The notes below the pieces were generated by a model, which saw only the letters and a list, made by a program, of their open reading frames with translations, was not told the origin of the DNA and did no database searches. A stretch of DNA of 64,000 nt from Saccharolobus islandicus REY15A (GTDB lineage Archaea > Thermoproteota > Thermoprotei_A > Sulfolobales > Sulfolobaceae), in the NCBI RefSeq assembly GCF_000189555.1, contig NC_017276.1. One strand, given 5' to 3'. Positions 43,026-52,845 of this stretch are shown here, one piece after another. A program made the position numbers and the translations under genes. Within the stretch, counting starts at the first letter, position 1, and every line of letters begins with the position of its first letter.

Positions 43026-43802
43026 TCATATTACCATTACGTTAAGACCTTTTGCATAACCCCTAGCGGTTTTGCTAATTCTTGATCCAGTTAAGACTGG
43101 GATTACGCTTTTATCCTTATACTCCTCACTAACCACTTTAGCCTTAACTAGCAAGCTATCGACATCCTTAAATTCAGCCTTCATTTTCACTTCAACAACG
43201 TAAATCTTAGTTTGAGTCTCTATTAAAGCATCTATTTCTCCCACATTAATTTCATAATGCCTATAGACACTAATTACTTTTTCCCCAGATTTATCCAGGT
43301 AATCAATGAAATTTTTAATATAAACCTCCTCAGTAAGTAAACCTAAATCGCTTCTAGTAGCCTCAACTTTAGAGTTAACGTCTTCTATTGTTTTTATCAG
43401 ATTTGTTCTTGTGTCTTCAATTTTTTTCTCTAATTCTCCTTTTATTGTCATTATCTCAGCCTTGAGCTCCGTTCTTGTATTCTCGATCTTCTTTTCAAGG
43501 TCGCTTCTAGTAGCCTCTATATTCTTCTCTAATTCTCTACTCACTGTATTAATTTCTTTCAGTAATTCTTGCTTTATTTTTTCATCATTAGCTAATAATT
43601 CTTCCCTAGTTTTTCTTATTTCGTCCCTTAAACTTCTCTCAGTGTCACTAATCCTTTTATCTATGTATTCTAATAATTGTAGATTAGAAATGTAACTTGT
43701 TGCTATTTCCATCTCCTTATCATTTAACTCTTCACCTTTCTTAATCTTTTCAGAAATCTTATTAAGCAAATCATTGAACCACTTTTTAAGTTCTTCAGTC
43801 AT
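43026..43802 (-). CDS. Coiled-coil repeat protein with C-terminal PD-(D/E)XK-like nuclease domain
   Basis: 11-residue repeats (ATRSDLEKKIE-like); GEIDALIE...VVEVK. Confidence 0.8.
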   Translation of the reverse strand: MTEELKKWFNDLLNKISEKIKKGEELNDKEMEIATSYISNLQLLEYIDKRISDTERSLRDEIRKTREELLANDEKIKQELLKEINTVSRELEKNIEATRSDLEKKIENTRTELKAEIMTIKGELEKKIEDTRTNLIKTIEDVNSKVEATRSDLGLLTEEVYIKNFIDYLDKSGEKVISVYRHYEINVGEIDALIETQTKIYVVEVKMKAEFKDVDSLLVKAKVVSEEYKDKSVIPVLTGSRISKTARGYAKGLNVMVI

Positions 43803-43884
43803 AGATAAAATTTAATGATAATAGAATAATAAAGGTTATTCCTTTAATGCCTAAAATACTATAACCTCTTGGTTCCCTATAATA

Positions 43885-44030
43885 TCAAAGCTGGTGGACG
43901 GGCTAGAGGGTCAGAGACCCCCTCCTATTTAAATTCATAACTGCAATAACATCACGATCATTCTCATAACCACATGAACACCTAAACCAACGATATCCCC
44001 TTTTTTCCATCCTTCTACCACACCTAGGTT
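43885..44030 (-). pseudogene. 3' remnant of an IS607-type tnpB
   Basis: [36 protein letters not shown] (zinc finger plus RuvC-III). Confidence 0.75.
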
Positions 44031-44031
44031 A

Positions 44032-44122
44032 GGGAGTATAGACTCCCAGCCACGACATGGGGAGCCTCATCGAACCCATCCTCCCCCTCACATTGCTCAT
44101 CGAGTTCATTGTGGCACCCTCT
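44032..44122 (-). ncRNA. Candidate structured RNA, possibly an IS110-type non-coding end
   Basis: Stems GCCAC/GTGGC, GGGGAG/CTCCCC and GGGAGT/ACTCCC; TTTATAAA about 25 nt upstream. Confidence 0.4.
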
Positions 44123-44240
44123 AACTTAATGTTAGCATAAAAGTTTATAAATCATGATTGGGCATACAGTCTCAGCTTACTTAATAGCATTAAAAGGATT
44201 AGGAATGTTGAATGATATCAAATGACATGAACTTCATGAC

Positions 44241-44852
44241 TTATCGGAAACTGTTATCAACGGCTTTTATTTCTGGTTCTTTAGCTATAAGGTCGGTTTC
44301 ATTACGTAAACTTAAACCCTTAAAATCCAAGAATTCCTTAAAGGATAAAGGATAGACGTTTATTATTACATGCCTACCGGCAAGTTTCTTTCTAACATTT
44401 TCGTTTATTAGGTCTGAAGTGGAGCCAGAAACTATTATGAAAGCCTCCTTTCTGTCTATAAGAGATCTGACGAATCCTTCCCATCCATTAACCCTTTGTA
44501 TTTCATCTAAAAATACGTAAGGTTTAGTATCTTTTCTCCTTCTAATCTCCAAGTATATTTCGTATAACTTAAATAGGTCTTCTACGTTTTGAACGCTAGT
44601 TAATCTTCCGTCTTCGAAGTTTATTATGAAGATGTCAAAAGGATCTATACCACTTTCGATTAATTTCTTAGCCACTTGATTTAATATTGTTGACTTCCCA
44701 GCCCTTTTAACTCCCAATATGCTTGCAACATACCAACTATTTATTACACTTAACACTTTCTTCACGTAATCATCTCTAGGATAACCAGTAAACTGAGTCT
44801 TGTACCAGAAATTCCAGTCAATTAATGCCTTTAAAATAAGTTCTCTGTTCAT
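44241..44852 (-). pseudogene. N-terminal half of an AAA_14/DUF4143 ATPase
   Basis: GVKRAGKST; FLDEIQ; VSGST; truncated at about 200 aa. Confidence 0.85.
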
Positions 44853-45136
44853 ATGTCAACCTTGGCGTATTTCTAAATAAATTTGACTCCTTACATGAGT
44901 CAAAAACGTTCTCTTCTACATAATGTAACTTTAATCTTTGCTAATTATATTGTAAATGGTCTTAGAATTTTATATACATTTGGATTTCACTTGTTTTGAT
45001 AATTTTGTTAATATCATAATGTCCACATTTAGATATAAAGTATTTGAACAAATGTTACTTATGAAAATGAAATACCGATAAATTACTTGAGTTTTGTTAA
45101 AGAAGATTAATTTATGAAGTTTTAATTTGTTAATGA

Positions 45137-45339
45137 GAGTGTGGGCAACAATTTCATTCATTTGAAATTTGGTTAAAATTTCCTTAAAGTTGTATTATTT
45201 AAGCTCTCTGATTTACAATAAAAATTTTAAACATGGTTAAAATTACAGCACTATACTTTATTAATTGATAAATCTTGTGGTGAATTGAAAATAAAATTAT
45301 ATAATTTATACTGAATTAACAAAATTGTTATCCACACTC
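45137..45339. mobile_element. MITE, 203 bp, 18-bp TIR, 8-bp TSD
   Basis: GAGTGTGGGCAACAATTT...AAATTGTTATCCACACTC flanked by GTTAATGA at 45129-45136 and 45340-45347. Confidence 0.9.
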
Positions 45340-45488
45340 GTTAATGACAATGACAATGTTATTTATTACTTATTCTAACAATGATGAGTTTATTAAGGTA
45401 AGTTCTAGGCTATAGTACGCTTAATGCTATCATAGCAAGTTACGTAATAACTGGATGGAAAGTAATGCTTAATGAAAGATCTCACATA

Positions 45489-46655
45489 CTACAGATAGAA
45501 AAATCCTATCACACCTCCAAGAACTATTAATCCAATTGTTAAGAAGTAAATAAGCAGTCTTATCTTTCCGTAAGCGTAATTACCCATTATTCTTTTGTTC
45601 GATATTAATATGCCAATGAGTATAGCAGGAAAGGCTATAACGATAGGGGAAAGAGAGAGTAACGTTAAAGCAAAATTTAATATTATTGAATAATTATTAC
45701 TTATAATTGATAAGATAATTAATGCCGGTATAGATTCAATTACATATATTTTAAATACGTTTTTATAATTATTCTTATCTAGGGCCTCTAAAATACCCCA
45801 AGCACTACTTAGGGAAACAACTATTAACGTTAAAAATCCTGCACTTATTAGAAGAACTCCAAATATTACGTGAATTACTCCTAACGATTTAGCGAGTTGT
45901 ACTGGATTTGTAGGATCTACATTTTTGATTAAAGTTCCTATAATTTCGGAAAATACTATAGTCAATTCTGTTACTATTGCACCTACAATAGTTTCTACGT
46001 TAGTCCATTTAACTTTTTCTGAGATGCTAATGTTAAGTTTAGAATACTTGACTGCAGTAGCAGAACTTTGATAAATTAGCATACAAGGTGGTGTAACTAC
46101 TGCACCTATATTAACTGCCAAGAAGAAGAGAAAATTTTTCGAAGTTGAGAAGTAAAAAATATTTGTAAAATATAATTTCGGTTCAGCTGCAATCAAAGCA
46201 GAAATTAGCAGAATAAAGGAAATTACTATGAGAGCTCTTTCCGTTATTTCATAATTTTTAGTAAAAATAATTATTATATGAATAGCAAAAAATATTAGGA
46301 GACCAATTAAGGGATTTATTCCGATAAGATACGAACCTATTGCTATTCCAGTGTATTCACTTAGATAAGTAAAAAAGTCTACAAAAAATATTGGAATTAT
46401 AGATAAAAATGAAATCTTCTTTGAATAATATTTTCTAATAAGCTCACCTATACCAGAATTGGTTACTGCACCCAATCTTCCAGAGGCTTCTTGAATTATG
46501 AATAGCGGAATAGCTAAAACGAGTACGAACCATATTAGTCTATATCCGTATTCTTCACCAGTAGATAATCCTCCAATTATGCTTGCAGCATCCGCATCTG
46601 CCAACAACGCTATCCACGCTGGACCGAAAAGCTTAACTGAGTCTCTGATACTCAA
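45489..46655 (-). CDS. NRAMP/MntH-family divalent metal transporter
   Basis: GPAWIALLADADAASI; about 11 TM; divergent from the DPSL gene. Confidence 0.9.
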   Translation of the reverse strand: MSIRDSVKLFGPAWIALLADADAASIIGGLSTGEEYGYRLIWFVLVLAIPLFIIQEASGRLGAVTNSGIGELIRKYYSKKISFLSIIPIFFVDFFTYLSEYTGIAIGSYLIGINPLIGLLIFFAIHIIIIFTKNYEITERALIVISFILLISALIAAEPKLYFTNIFYFSTSKNFLFFLAVNIGAVVTPPCMLIYQSSATAVKYSKLNISISEKVKWTNVETIVGAIVTELTIVFSEIIGTLIKNVDPTNPVQLAKSLGVIHVIFGVLLISAGFLTLIVVSLSSAWGILEALDKNNYKNVFKIYVIESIPALIILSIISNNYSIILNFALTLLSLSPIVIAFPAILIGILISNKRIMGNYAYGKIRLLIYFLTIGLIVLGGVIGFFYL

Positions 46656-46964
46656 TCAAATCACCTAAATAAGTATATTTTTGTGACTGATTTTTATTGT
46701 TTATTAAATAAAATATATCCCATAAGGAATGTTGAGAATCTAAATGAAATAGTTTCAACATTAAACTCCACATAATAGTTAATGAGCATTTATTTATAAA
46801 TATTTCTATTTCATACTTACTCTTAATTAGGAATTAATTTTTGTATTCATAAAAGGGAGTCTAACAATTACAAGTATCCAGACTTATTTTGATTCAGAAA
46901 TTAGAATAACTTTTAATTAGAAAGCTTTATAAACTAGGATTGAGTATAAAGTAATGGTGATTAA

Positions 46965-47546
46965 ATGCAGGATAAACCAAAAGAGGAACCTAAGGTAGTA
47001 GGAGTAGAAGTTTTAGAAAAATCTGGCTTAGATGTAAAAAAGCTAATAGAAAAGTTAGTTAAAGCAACAGCTGCAGAATTCACAACATATTATTACTATA
47101 CCATATTGAGAATGCACCTTACTGGTATGGAAGGAGAGGGTCTTAAAGAAATAGCTGAGGACGCTAGATTAGAGGACAGATTGCACTTTGAGTTAATGAC
47201 GCAGAGAATTTATGAACTAGGAGGAAATTTGCCTAGAGATATTAGACAACTTGCCGACCTATCAGCTTGTGCAGATGCTTATTTACCAGAGAATTGGAAG
47301 GATCCTAAGGAAATATTAAAAGTACTTTTGGAAGCTGAGCAATGTGCTATTAGAACGTGGAAAGAGGTATGTGACATGACTTATGGAAAAGATCCCAGAA
47401 CATATGATTTAGCTCAGAGAATATTGCAAGAGGAAATAGAACATGAGGCGTGGTTCTTAGAATTACTATACGGTAGACCATCTGGGCATTTCAGAAGAAG
47501 TTATCCAGGAGAAGGTCCATTTTCTAGAAAATCAAGGTATGAATAA
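46965..47546 (+). CDS. dpsL: DPS-like ferritin-superfamily protein (DPSL)
   Basis: [10 protein letters not shown]; EDRLHFE; EAEQCAI; EEIEHEAW. Confidence 0.95.
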   Translation: MQDKPKEEPKVVGVEVLEKSGLDVKKLIEKLVKATAAEFTTYYYYTILRMHLTGMEGEGLKEIAEDARLEDRLHFELMTQRIYELGGNLPRDIRQLADLSACADAYLPENWKDPKEILKVLLEAEQCAIRTWKEVCDMTYGKDPRTYDLAQRILQEEIEHEAWFLELLYGRPSGHFRRSYPGEGPFSRKSRYE

Positions 47547-47576
47547 TTTTTTAATTCTTTTTCTTAGTGATTATAA

Positions 47577-47915
47577 ATGTTAATTAGAGTATGTAAAATA
47601 TCTGACTTAATAGATAATAAGCCTATGAAGTTTTCAGTATCTAAATTTGAAATAGTGTTGATAAAGATTAGAGATGAGGTTTTCGCTATCGAGGCATATT
47701 GTCCGCATAAAGGTGCCAATATGGAATATGGTGATGTAATAGCTAAAGAGTACAGAATAAGATGTCATTTGCACGGTTACGAATTTAATTTAAAGGATGG
47801 TAGGTTAGTGTTTAAACCGTATAATAGGGATGGAAATTGGTATTATTCAAATAATCTGAGAGTTTATAAGGTTAAGATTATAAACGATGATATATTTATA
47901 GATATTGATAAATAA
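47577..47915 (+). CDS. Rieske [2Fe-2S] ferredoxin
   Basis: CPHKG...CHLHG. Confidence 0.93.
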   Translation: MLIRVCKISDLIDNKPMKFSVSKFEIVLIKIRDEVFAIEAYCPHKGANMEYGDVIAKEYRIRCHLHGYEFNLKDGRLVFKPYNRDGNWYYSNNLRVYKVKIINDDIFIDIDK

Positions 47916-47941
47916 GTAAAAAAGTTATAATAAATTTTTTA

Positions 47942-48478
47942 CTAAATATCGAATAGAATTGTATTAGCTTTATCTGAAATTAAGTTGCAGTAGGTGTTCT
48001 TTATCTCTTCAACGCATTGCACTCTATCCTGAAGCTCTGGGATGTTCTTTAGTTCTCTAATTCTATTATTTATTTCTCTATAAGAATCTTGAGGAATTAT
48101 CGAAGTTATTATTTTAGCTCCCTTCTTTTTAGCAGCTAAGGCTGCTGCAACACTCATACCTTTTCTTCCTCCAGTTATATCTACATAATCTCCTTCTCCT
48201 ATCTGTTTTTCTATAAAATTCTTGAATTTTATTAAATCCTCTTCATTATTTATATCATCCATTTCAACTGGGTGTTTACTAATTATTACGTTAGGATACT
48301 TCTCCTTTACGCAACAAATGAACATTATTTTCACTATTTTCCAAGCTTTCTCTACCTCAGGATTCGTAGTAGTTATGACTCTGATCTCGTCAATTTCTAC
48401 TCCTTGTCTTATGAGATACAAAAAGGTTTCTAGGACACCACCTGGCGATGTGCCTAAAGTGGCTACTAACTTAGCCAT
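47942..48478 (-). CDS. crn1: CARF ring nuclease, Crn1 (Sso2081-like)
   Basis: ATLGTSPGG; DITGGRKGMS; stand-alone CARF beside the DPSL cluster. Confidence 0.88.
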   Translation of the reverse strand: MAKLVATLGTSPGGVLETFLYLIRQGVEIDEIRVITTTNPEVEKAWKIVKIMFICCVKEKYPNVIISKHPVEMDDINNEEDLIKFKNFIEKQIGEGDYVDITGGRKGMSVAAALAAKKKGAKIITSIIPQDSYREINNRIRELKNIPELQDRVQCVEEIKNTYCNLISDKANTILFDI

Positions 48479-48958
48479 ATCTTATACTAATAAAAACTAG
48501 CTTAAATTAATTACTTTCTCCTTGATCTTAAATATAAACACTATATTAAGTATTATTGTAAGGAAATTTGCTACTAGGACTAGTAGATGAGGCATTTATT
48601 TAACGAAAAATGACACCTTGCCTTGATTTATTATGTACCTAGTTACTGTAATTGATCTAGAAAAACATTTCGTTACAAATTTTGCTACTATGAATAATAA
48701 AGTTTTTAATTTAAAAATTAATTTAAAAATATTAAATTTATCTTTATCAAATGCCTAAATATTTAATAAAATTATAATATCCCTTCTCACAAACCAAATT
48801 TGACGCTAAATTAAAATAAATTCTAATTTATATAGTTTATATTAAATTAACAAAATTGTTGTCCACACTCAATAAATGTACATAAATGTATAAAAGTATA
48901 TATGCGTAAACATTATTAATTTATATGTTAAATTGTAATAGATATATTTGGTGGTTAA

Positions 48959-49558
48959 ATGAGTGGAAAACAGTTAATTGTTACCTTATTTTTCTTAGCT
49001 TTAGGTGTTGTAATAGGTTTTGGTAGTTCGTTACTATTCTTACCCAGAAATACTGCAAGTGTTAGTACAACTCAAGGTCAGCAAGTCATTTACATAGCTG
49101 TTATTCCAGATTACGGCGGAAATGGTTGGGATGCCTTCGTTCCTTTAAAATACTTAGGTTATCCAATAACAGCGCATGAAAATATTGTTGGGATAAACAA
49201 TACAATCGTAGTAAAGGCTGGAGTTCCTGTAAAATTTGTAATAATTAATTTAGATACTATGGTGACTATGAATTTTAGTGGAAATGTTGCTGTTCCATTT
49301 ATATTATATAATGATACCGAGAATGGACAAATTACATTAACCTTTAATAAAGGTCAATATATACAAAACTTGCCAATAGGCCATACGTTTACAATTCCTA
49401 AGTTAGATATTAATATACCTTTGCCACCAGATACTGTAGTCTCATTTAATTATACTTTCACAAATCCTGGAACTTATGGATATTTATGCATAACACCATG
49501 TGGTCCAGGAATGGGACAATTAGGTTATATGATCGGTTATATTATAGTTCAACCATAA
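48959..49558 (+). CDS. Membrane-anchored cupredoxin-fold protein
   Basis: N-terminal TM; GHTF; PGTYGYLCITPCGPGMGQLGYM. Confidence 0.8.
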   Translation: MSGKQLIVTLFFLALGVVIGFGSSLLFLPRNTASVSTTQGQQVIYIAVIPDYGGNGWDAFVPLKYLGYPITAHENIVGINNTIVVKAGVPVKFVIINLDTMVTMNFSGNVAVPFILYNDTENGQITLTFNKGQYIQNLPIGHTFTIPKLDINIPLPPDTVVSFNYTFTNPGTYGYLCITPCGPGMGQLGYMIGYIIVQP

Positions 49559-49579
49559 CTTTTTTTCCTTAAGTATCTC

Positions 49580-49845
49580 TCCTTTTTCCCCTTTCTTTGT
49601 TTGTAGAATAGGCATTTCTCCCCTTCCTTTTCGAATTCTTTTACTCATCTGTGCTTTTGTTAACTTCTAATATTTTTGCTATTTCGTTAATTTTCATTCC
49701 TTCTAAGTATTGCTCTAGTCTAGTTTAAATCCTTAGGCTTCTTGCTGATTAGCTTCCTTTTTAAGGCCCCTCAGTACGCTCAGCCCAACAGTCCCACTAG
49801 ATTACCCATTTTTAACTCTCGTTGCAGCTATTATTATGAAAAAGA
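49580..49845 (-). mobile_element. Left-end remnant of the same IS630 family
   Basis: TIR ending AAAAGACTA at 49845 followed by TA; decayed KLISKKPKG...EKCLFYK. Confidence 0.85.
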
Positions 49846-50038
49846 CTATACTATAATCATCTATAAAATATTTTATTATTCTTCAATTTCCTTAGATATC
49901 AAACTCATTGAATTTTTAAATTCAAAATTATAGATTAAAGGTAAGTTTAATATTAACCTTAATAAAATTTGAAGTAAATCACAAAGCAGAGTTTAAACGT
50001 GGAGAAAGGTTTAAAGCTGAAAAAACAGAACATAAGAT

Positions 50039-50108
50039 TAGGGCGGTGAGGTGCCTTAATTTGGTCTTGCTAATCATGGTTCCTCAATAATACAACCTCA
50101 CCGCCCTA
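50039..50108. repeat. Perfect 14-bp inverted repeat with 42-nt spacer
   Basis: TAGGGCGGTGAGGT...ACCTCACCGCCCTA in AT-rich surroundings. Confidence 0.85.
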
Positions 50109-50261
50109 CAAATGTTTTATACAAAAAACAAAAATTGTTAGACACACTCATTTATCTAAAAGTAAAATAAATATAGATAAATTAAATCAAGTGATAGTTA
50201 ACGCTTCTAATGGAACTCCGCATAATTACCGAATTGTAAATTTCAAGGAGAGTGAACTATA

Positions 50262-50639
50262 ATGGCTAGAATAGTTGTCAGAGGGTCATTAATATGCCCT
50301 GTTTGCAAATGTTCATTGTAGAGGCTCATATTATTAGGTTCTGGAAAATTGCTAAAAATATCTGAAGTCTCAAGGAAAGTTCCGTCAACAATTTATAATG
50401 GCTTAAAGTATTATTTCTGTTGTAATGATTGTAAGGAGAGATTTCTTAAAAATCCAGAATATTATATAAATGAATATAAAAATATTGTCGTCTGTCCCGT
50501 ATGTTTTGCGGAAAGAGATAAGAGCAATGCAATAAAGATAGAATATCAAAGCCTAGAAGTTTATACATGTGGTTGTCCTCACTGTGAAGAGGCGTTCCTA
50601 AATGATCCTACTTCATTTCTTGAAACTATTGAGGAGTAA
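50262..50639 (+). pseudogene. YHS/TRASH metal-binding repeat protein with in-frame TAG
   Basis: ATG 50262 with AGGAG upstream; CPVC...FCCNDC...CPVC...CGCPHC; stop at 50319-50321. Confidence 0.7.
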
Positions 50640-50930
50640 TAATAAATAAAATAATAGATATAATAAATTTACATTTATAATATTTTAGTAAAAATTTAAG
50701 ATTGTAATTCTACTTAATTAACTCGTTAAGAAGAATCAAATGATTTTTATTTTATCCAAATGGAGCCTCTCTTCAGCTTATGAAATATAAATTAGGTAAA
50801 ATGCTGCAGTGTAATATTCCTCAATAATAAATCGTATCCGTGGCAGCCACTAAATCTTCGAGAACTTGTTAAACCGCTTTTGATTCTTTCCTCACAATTA
50901 GTATTTTGTTTAAATATGTCTGATTTGATC

Positions 50931-51365
50931 TCATGTTTTATTAACTTTTTTCTCTTCAAACAATTTCTTTGCATATTCTAATACTTCCTCGGCCATTTTA
51001 ATTGATTGTTGTGCATCATACTCTGAGTAGAGTAATTCTGGTGGGGAATTTGTCTCTTCATCACCGTACATTGACAATTCCCTTTCTTTTCTTAGAGATC
51101 TTGAGTACGACGCAAAAATGTCTATTTTTTCCTTAAACCATTGTGGAAATTTATCGGCGTTATTTTTTAATATAGGGCCTACATCATGAAATTTTGGTGG
51201 TTCTATATTAACAAGTCTAAGGCATGCTTTAAGGGAAAGTTCTACAGATTCTTGACAAAGTCTAACTACAATATTATATTTCTTTCTTTCATATTCTATT
51301 TTAGCTAAGCTTAGCCTCTCTTCAGATTGTGAGATATATGAAGAGGCTAAGGAGTTAAAGTTCAA
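50931..51365 (-). CDS. HEPN-domain protein (toxin of MNT-HEPN pair)
   Basis: CQESVELSLKA; HDV; RELSMY. Confidence 0.9.
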   Translation of the reverse strand: MNFNSLASSYISQSEERLSLAKIEYERKKYNIVVRLCQESVELSLKACLRLVNIEPPKFHDVGPILKNNADKFPQWFKEKIDIFASYSRSLRKERELSMYGDEETNSPPELLYSEYDAQQSIKMAEEVLEYAKKLFEEKKVNKT

Positions 51366-51846
51366 CTGTATCGCCGAATTTCGAATCTTTTTTAAGTACC
51401 CAGTACCATTTCTTACCTATTCTTACCCTTTCAGCTCCTAATTCCTTAAGTCTCTCCTTTAGTTTTTGTAGTATTTTAGTGAAGAATTGATTCTTGTCAT
51501 AAAGTATTATCGCATCGTATACCATGTCTAAATAGAGAGGAGAAATTTTCTCTGCCTCTTCTGGCGTTTTAAGAATTGGTGAAAGTGATATGTAATAACC
51601 ATTTTTCCAGAATTCGTCTAAGTTTAGCTTATCCTCAACCTTAGTCTCAAATAATCTAATTCTCTTAAGCATACTATCCTTAGGCAGGTTCTTTATAATT
51701 ATTAATAAATCTACATCACTGTCATTTCTATTATCTCCCCTAGCAACACTTCCGTAAAGTACAACTGAGATGAGATCATCTTTAAATTCCTCTTTCATTA
51801 TTTTAACCATGTTATTAAGCAATGTAATGTAAGGCTCTTTTATCAC
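51355..51846 (-). CDS. Minimal nucleotidyltransferase (MNT antitoxin)
   Basis: LYGSVARGD...SDVDLL; overlaps the HEPN gene. Confidence 0.92.
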   Translation of the reverse strand: MIKEPYITLLNNMVKIMKEEFKDDLISVVLYGSVARGDNRNDSDVDLLIIIKNLPKDSMLKRIRLFETKVEDKLNLDEFWKNGYYISLSPILKTPEEAEKISPLYLDMVYDAIILYDKNQFFTKILQKLKERLKELGAERVRIGKKWYWVLKKDSKFGDTVEL

Positions 51847-52037
51847 ATGATATTATAATCCTAAAAATCTAATAAACATGTCGTTTTAAAATCTAATGTA
51901 ACTATTCGATTTAATGAAGATGATGTACTCACAATTGCTCACTTTATTAAGCAATGATTTTTGTGATTACCATGTTATATTCTCTTAAATATAATTAATT
52001 TAGTAAATCAAAAAACTTATATTCAAATTTTGTATTT

Positions 52038-52592
52038 TCATTTCTTCTTAGCGAAATACTTCTTATAATACACTAAGTAAAATACTCTACCAGATCCATG
52101 AAGTAATAAATTTACGTTATCCCCTATTTTTAGACCGTACTCATCCGCAACTCCCTCTTTAACCTTAACGTTTAATATTTCGAAAAGAAAGATGTCACAC
52201 TCTCCAGCTGGTAACGTGCCTATTACCCTTCCCTCATATATTGCTAAAGAATTCTTAATTCCTGGTGGCTTGATTTTCTCGCTCTCTATTAGCTCTACAT
52301 TAAACTCCTTAACCTTATCCACATCTCTACCGCTACATGATCCCAACATGTAAGTTAAGTCCAACATATCAACACCAGGGACATTTATTGTAGCTTCTCC
52401 GTGATACTTTAAACATTCATATGTATACGTCTCCCTATATACAGATACTGCAATAGTAGGGGGTTCTTCGCTCGCTGGCATATTCCAACTGGCTGGCATT
52501 AAATTTACTCTTCCATTAGGACAAATGGTTCCTAATATTATTGTAGGTCTAGGATGTATCAACTTATAGAATTTACCTTTATACGTTTCCAT
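52038..52592 (-). CDS. Flavin reductase-like FMN-binding protein
   Basis: HPRP; NLMPASW; GSCSGRDVDK; HGSG. Confidence 0.88.
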   Translation of the reverse strand: METYKGKFYKLIHPRPTIILGTICPNGRVNLMPASWNMPASEEPPTIAVSVYRETYTYECLKYHGEATINVPGVDMLDLTYMLGSCSGRDVDKVKEFNVELIESEKIKPPGIKNSLAIYEGRVIGTLPAGECDIFLFEILNVKVKEGVADEYGLKIGDNVNLLLHGSGRVFYLVYYKKYFAKKK

Positions 52593-52845
52593 AGTGAAAA
52601 GAAATATCAGAGGAATTTATTGCTTTCTGCTGGTCATCTTTCTTAATTCTACGCTATTCTTTTTGCTTAACTGTGTAAGTATTACTGATTAAAATGGAAG
52701 ACATCTCTAATGGATAATTGCATGATTGATATTCACATGAAATGAAAATAAAGATATAAGGTTAATAATAAATATGGGTTTATAAATAAGAATTTTAAAG
52801 ACCTTGTTTAAATCGTGACTGTCTAAACTGACTCAAGGTGAGAGA

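Noticed and set aside
45329-45337. Perfect DnaA box TTATCCACA
   Set aside because: It is part of the MITE TIR, varies in the other copies, and the host is archaeal.
50319-50321. Pyrrolysine or other recoding at the in-frame TAG
   Set aside because: No pyl machinery is known in Sulfolobales and none is seen here; a nonsense mutation is simpler.
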